Positions 33,471 through 33,678 of a stretch of 33,678 nt of DNA are shown here, one piece after another. A program made the position numbers and the translations under genes. The notes beneath the pieces are model-generated. The model saw only the letters and a list, made by a program, of their open reading frames with translations. It did not search any database and had not been told where the DNA came from. Every line of letters begins with the position of its first letter. Position 1 is the first letter of the stretch. This DNA is from Catajapyx aquilonaris (taxonomy: Eukaryota), in contig KZ539092.1 of assembly GCA_000934665.2 (NCBI GenBank), positions 1 to 33,678 on the forward strand, written 5' to 3'.

Positions 33471-33678
33471 ACCGAAGCAGTGGTAGCGGAGGGGATTTGG
33501 TATCCGGCTGCAAATCGGGAGGTCCAGGGATCAAATCCCCAGGCCGGCAACTCTGACCGTGGTTTTCTGTGGTTTCCCACTGTCACCCCCAGGTGAATAC
33601 CGGAGTTGTTTCCTAATCGTAGGCCACAGCCGCTTCCTACCTTTCCTATCCATGTCCCACACTGGAGGAGGTGCGGTG
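33471..33678 (+). mobile_element. Second copy of the tRNA-derived SINE (runs off window end)
   Basis: ACCGAAGCAGTGGTAGCGGAGGGG...TCCGG-CTGCAAA-TCGGG...GGATCAAATCC (33528-38)...GGCCGGCAACTCTGACCGTGGTTTTCTGTGGTTTCCCAC...AGGCCACAGCCGCTTCCT, colinear with the reverse complement of 1447-1690. Confidence 0.92.

Noticed and set aside
148..33556. ORF-track entries as functional genes
   Set aside because: All are 132 aa or shorter, many start at non-ATG codons, and several are products of palindromes or microsatellites. No intact domain or consistent exon chain was found.

Overview
Eukaryotic, AT-rich, repeat-dense intergenic or intronic DNA, probably arthropod (judged from the SINE body type). I see no intact protein-coding gene, rRNA, true tRNA or CRISPR array. 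Well-supported content: five TA-flanked Tc1/mariner-type foldback MITEs plus one older foldback with tentative ends, one hAT MITE with an 8-bp TSD nested in an older hairpin, two copies of a tRNA-headed SINE (one inside a MITE arm with a 16-bp TSD), simple repeats and an assembly gap. The main unexplained signal lies between these. About a dozen better and about ten weaker decayed reading-frame fragments, on both strands, resemble the N-terminal DNA-binding module of R2/NeSL/Utopia-type (restriction-like-endonuclease) non-LTR retrotransposons: CCHH-CCHC-CCHH zinc fingers followed by a Myb-like domain. No recognisable RT or endonuclease follows any of them. These calls come from manual six-frame reading with frameshifts and restored residues, written [observed>expected], so they are inference and need HMM confirmation against a shuffled control.
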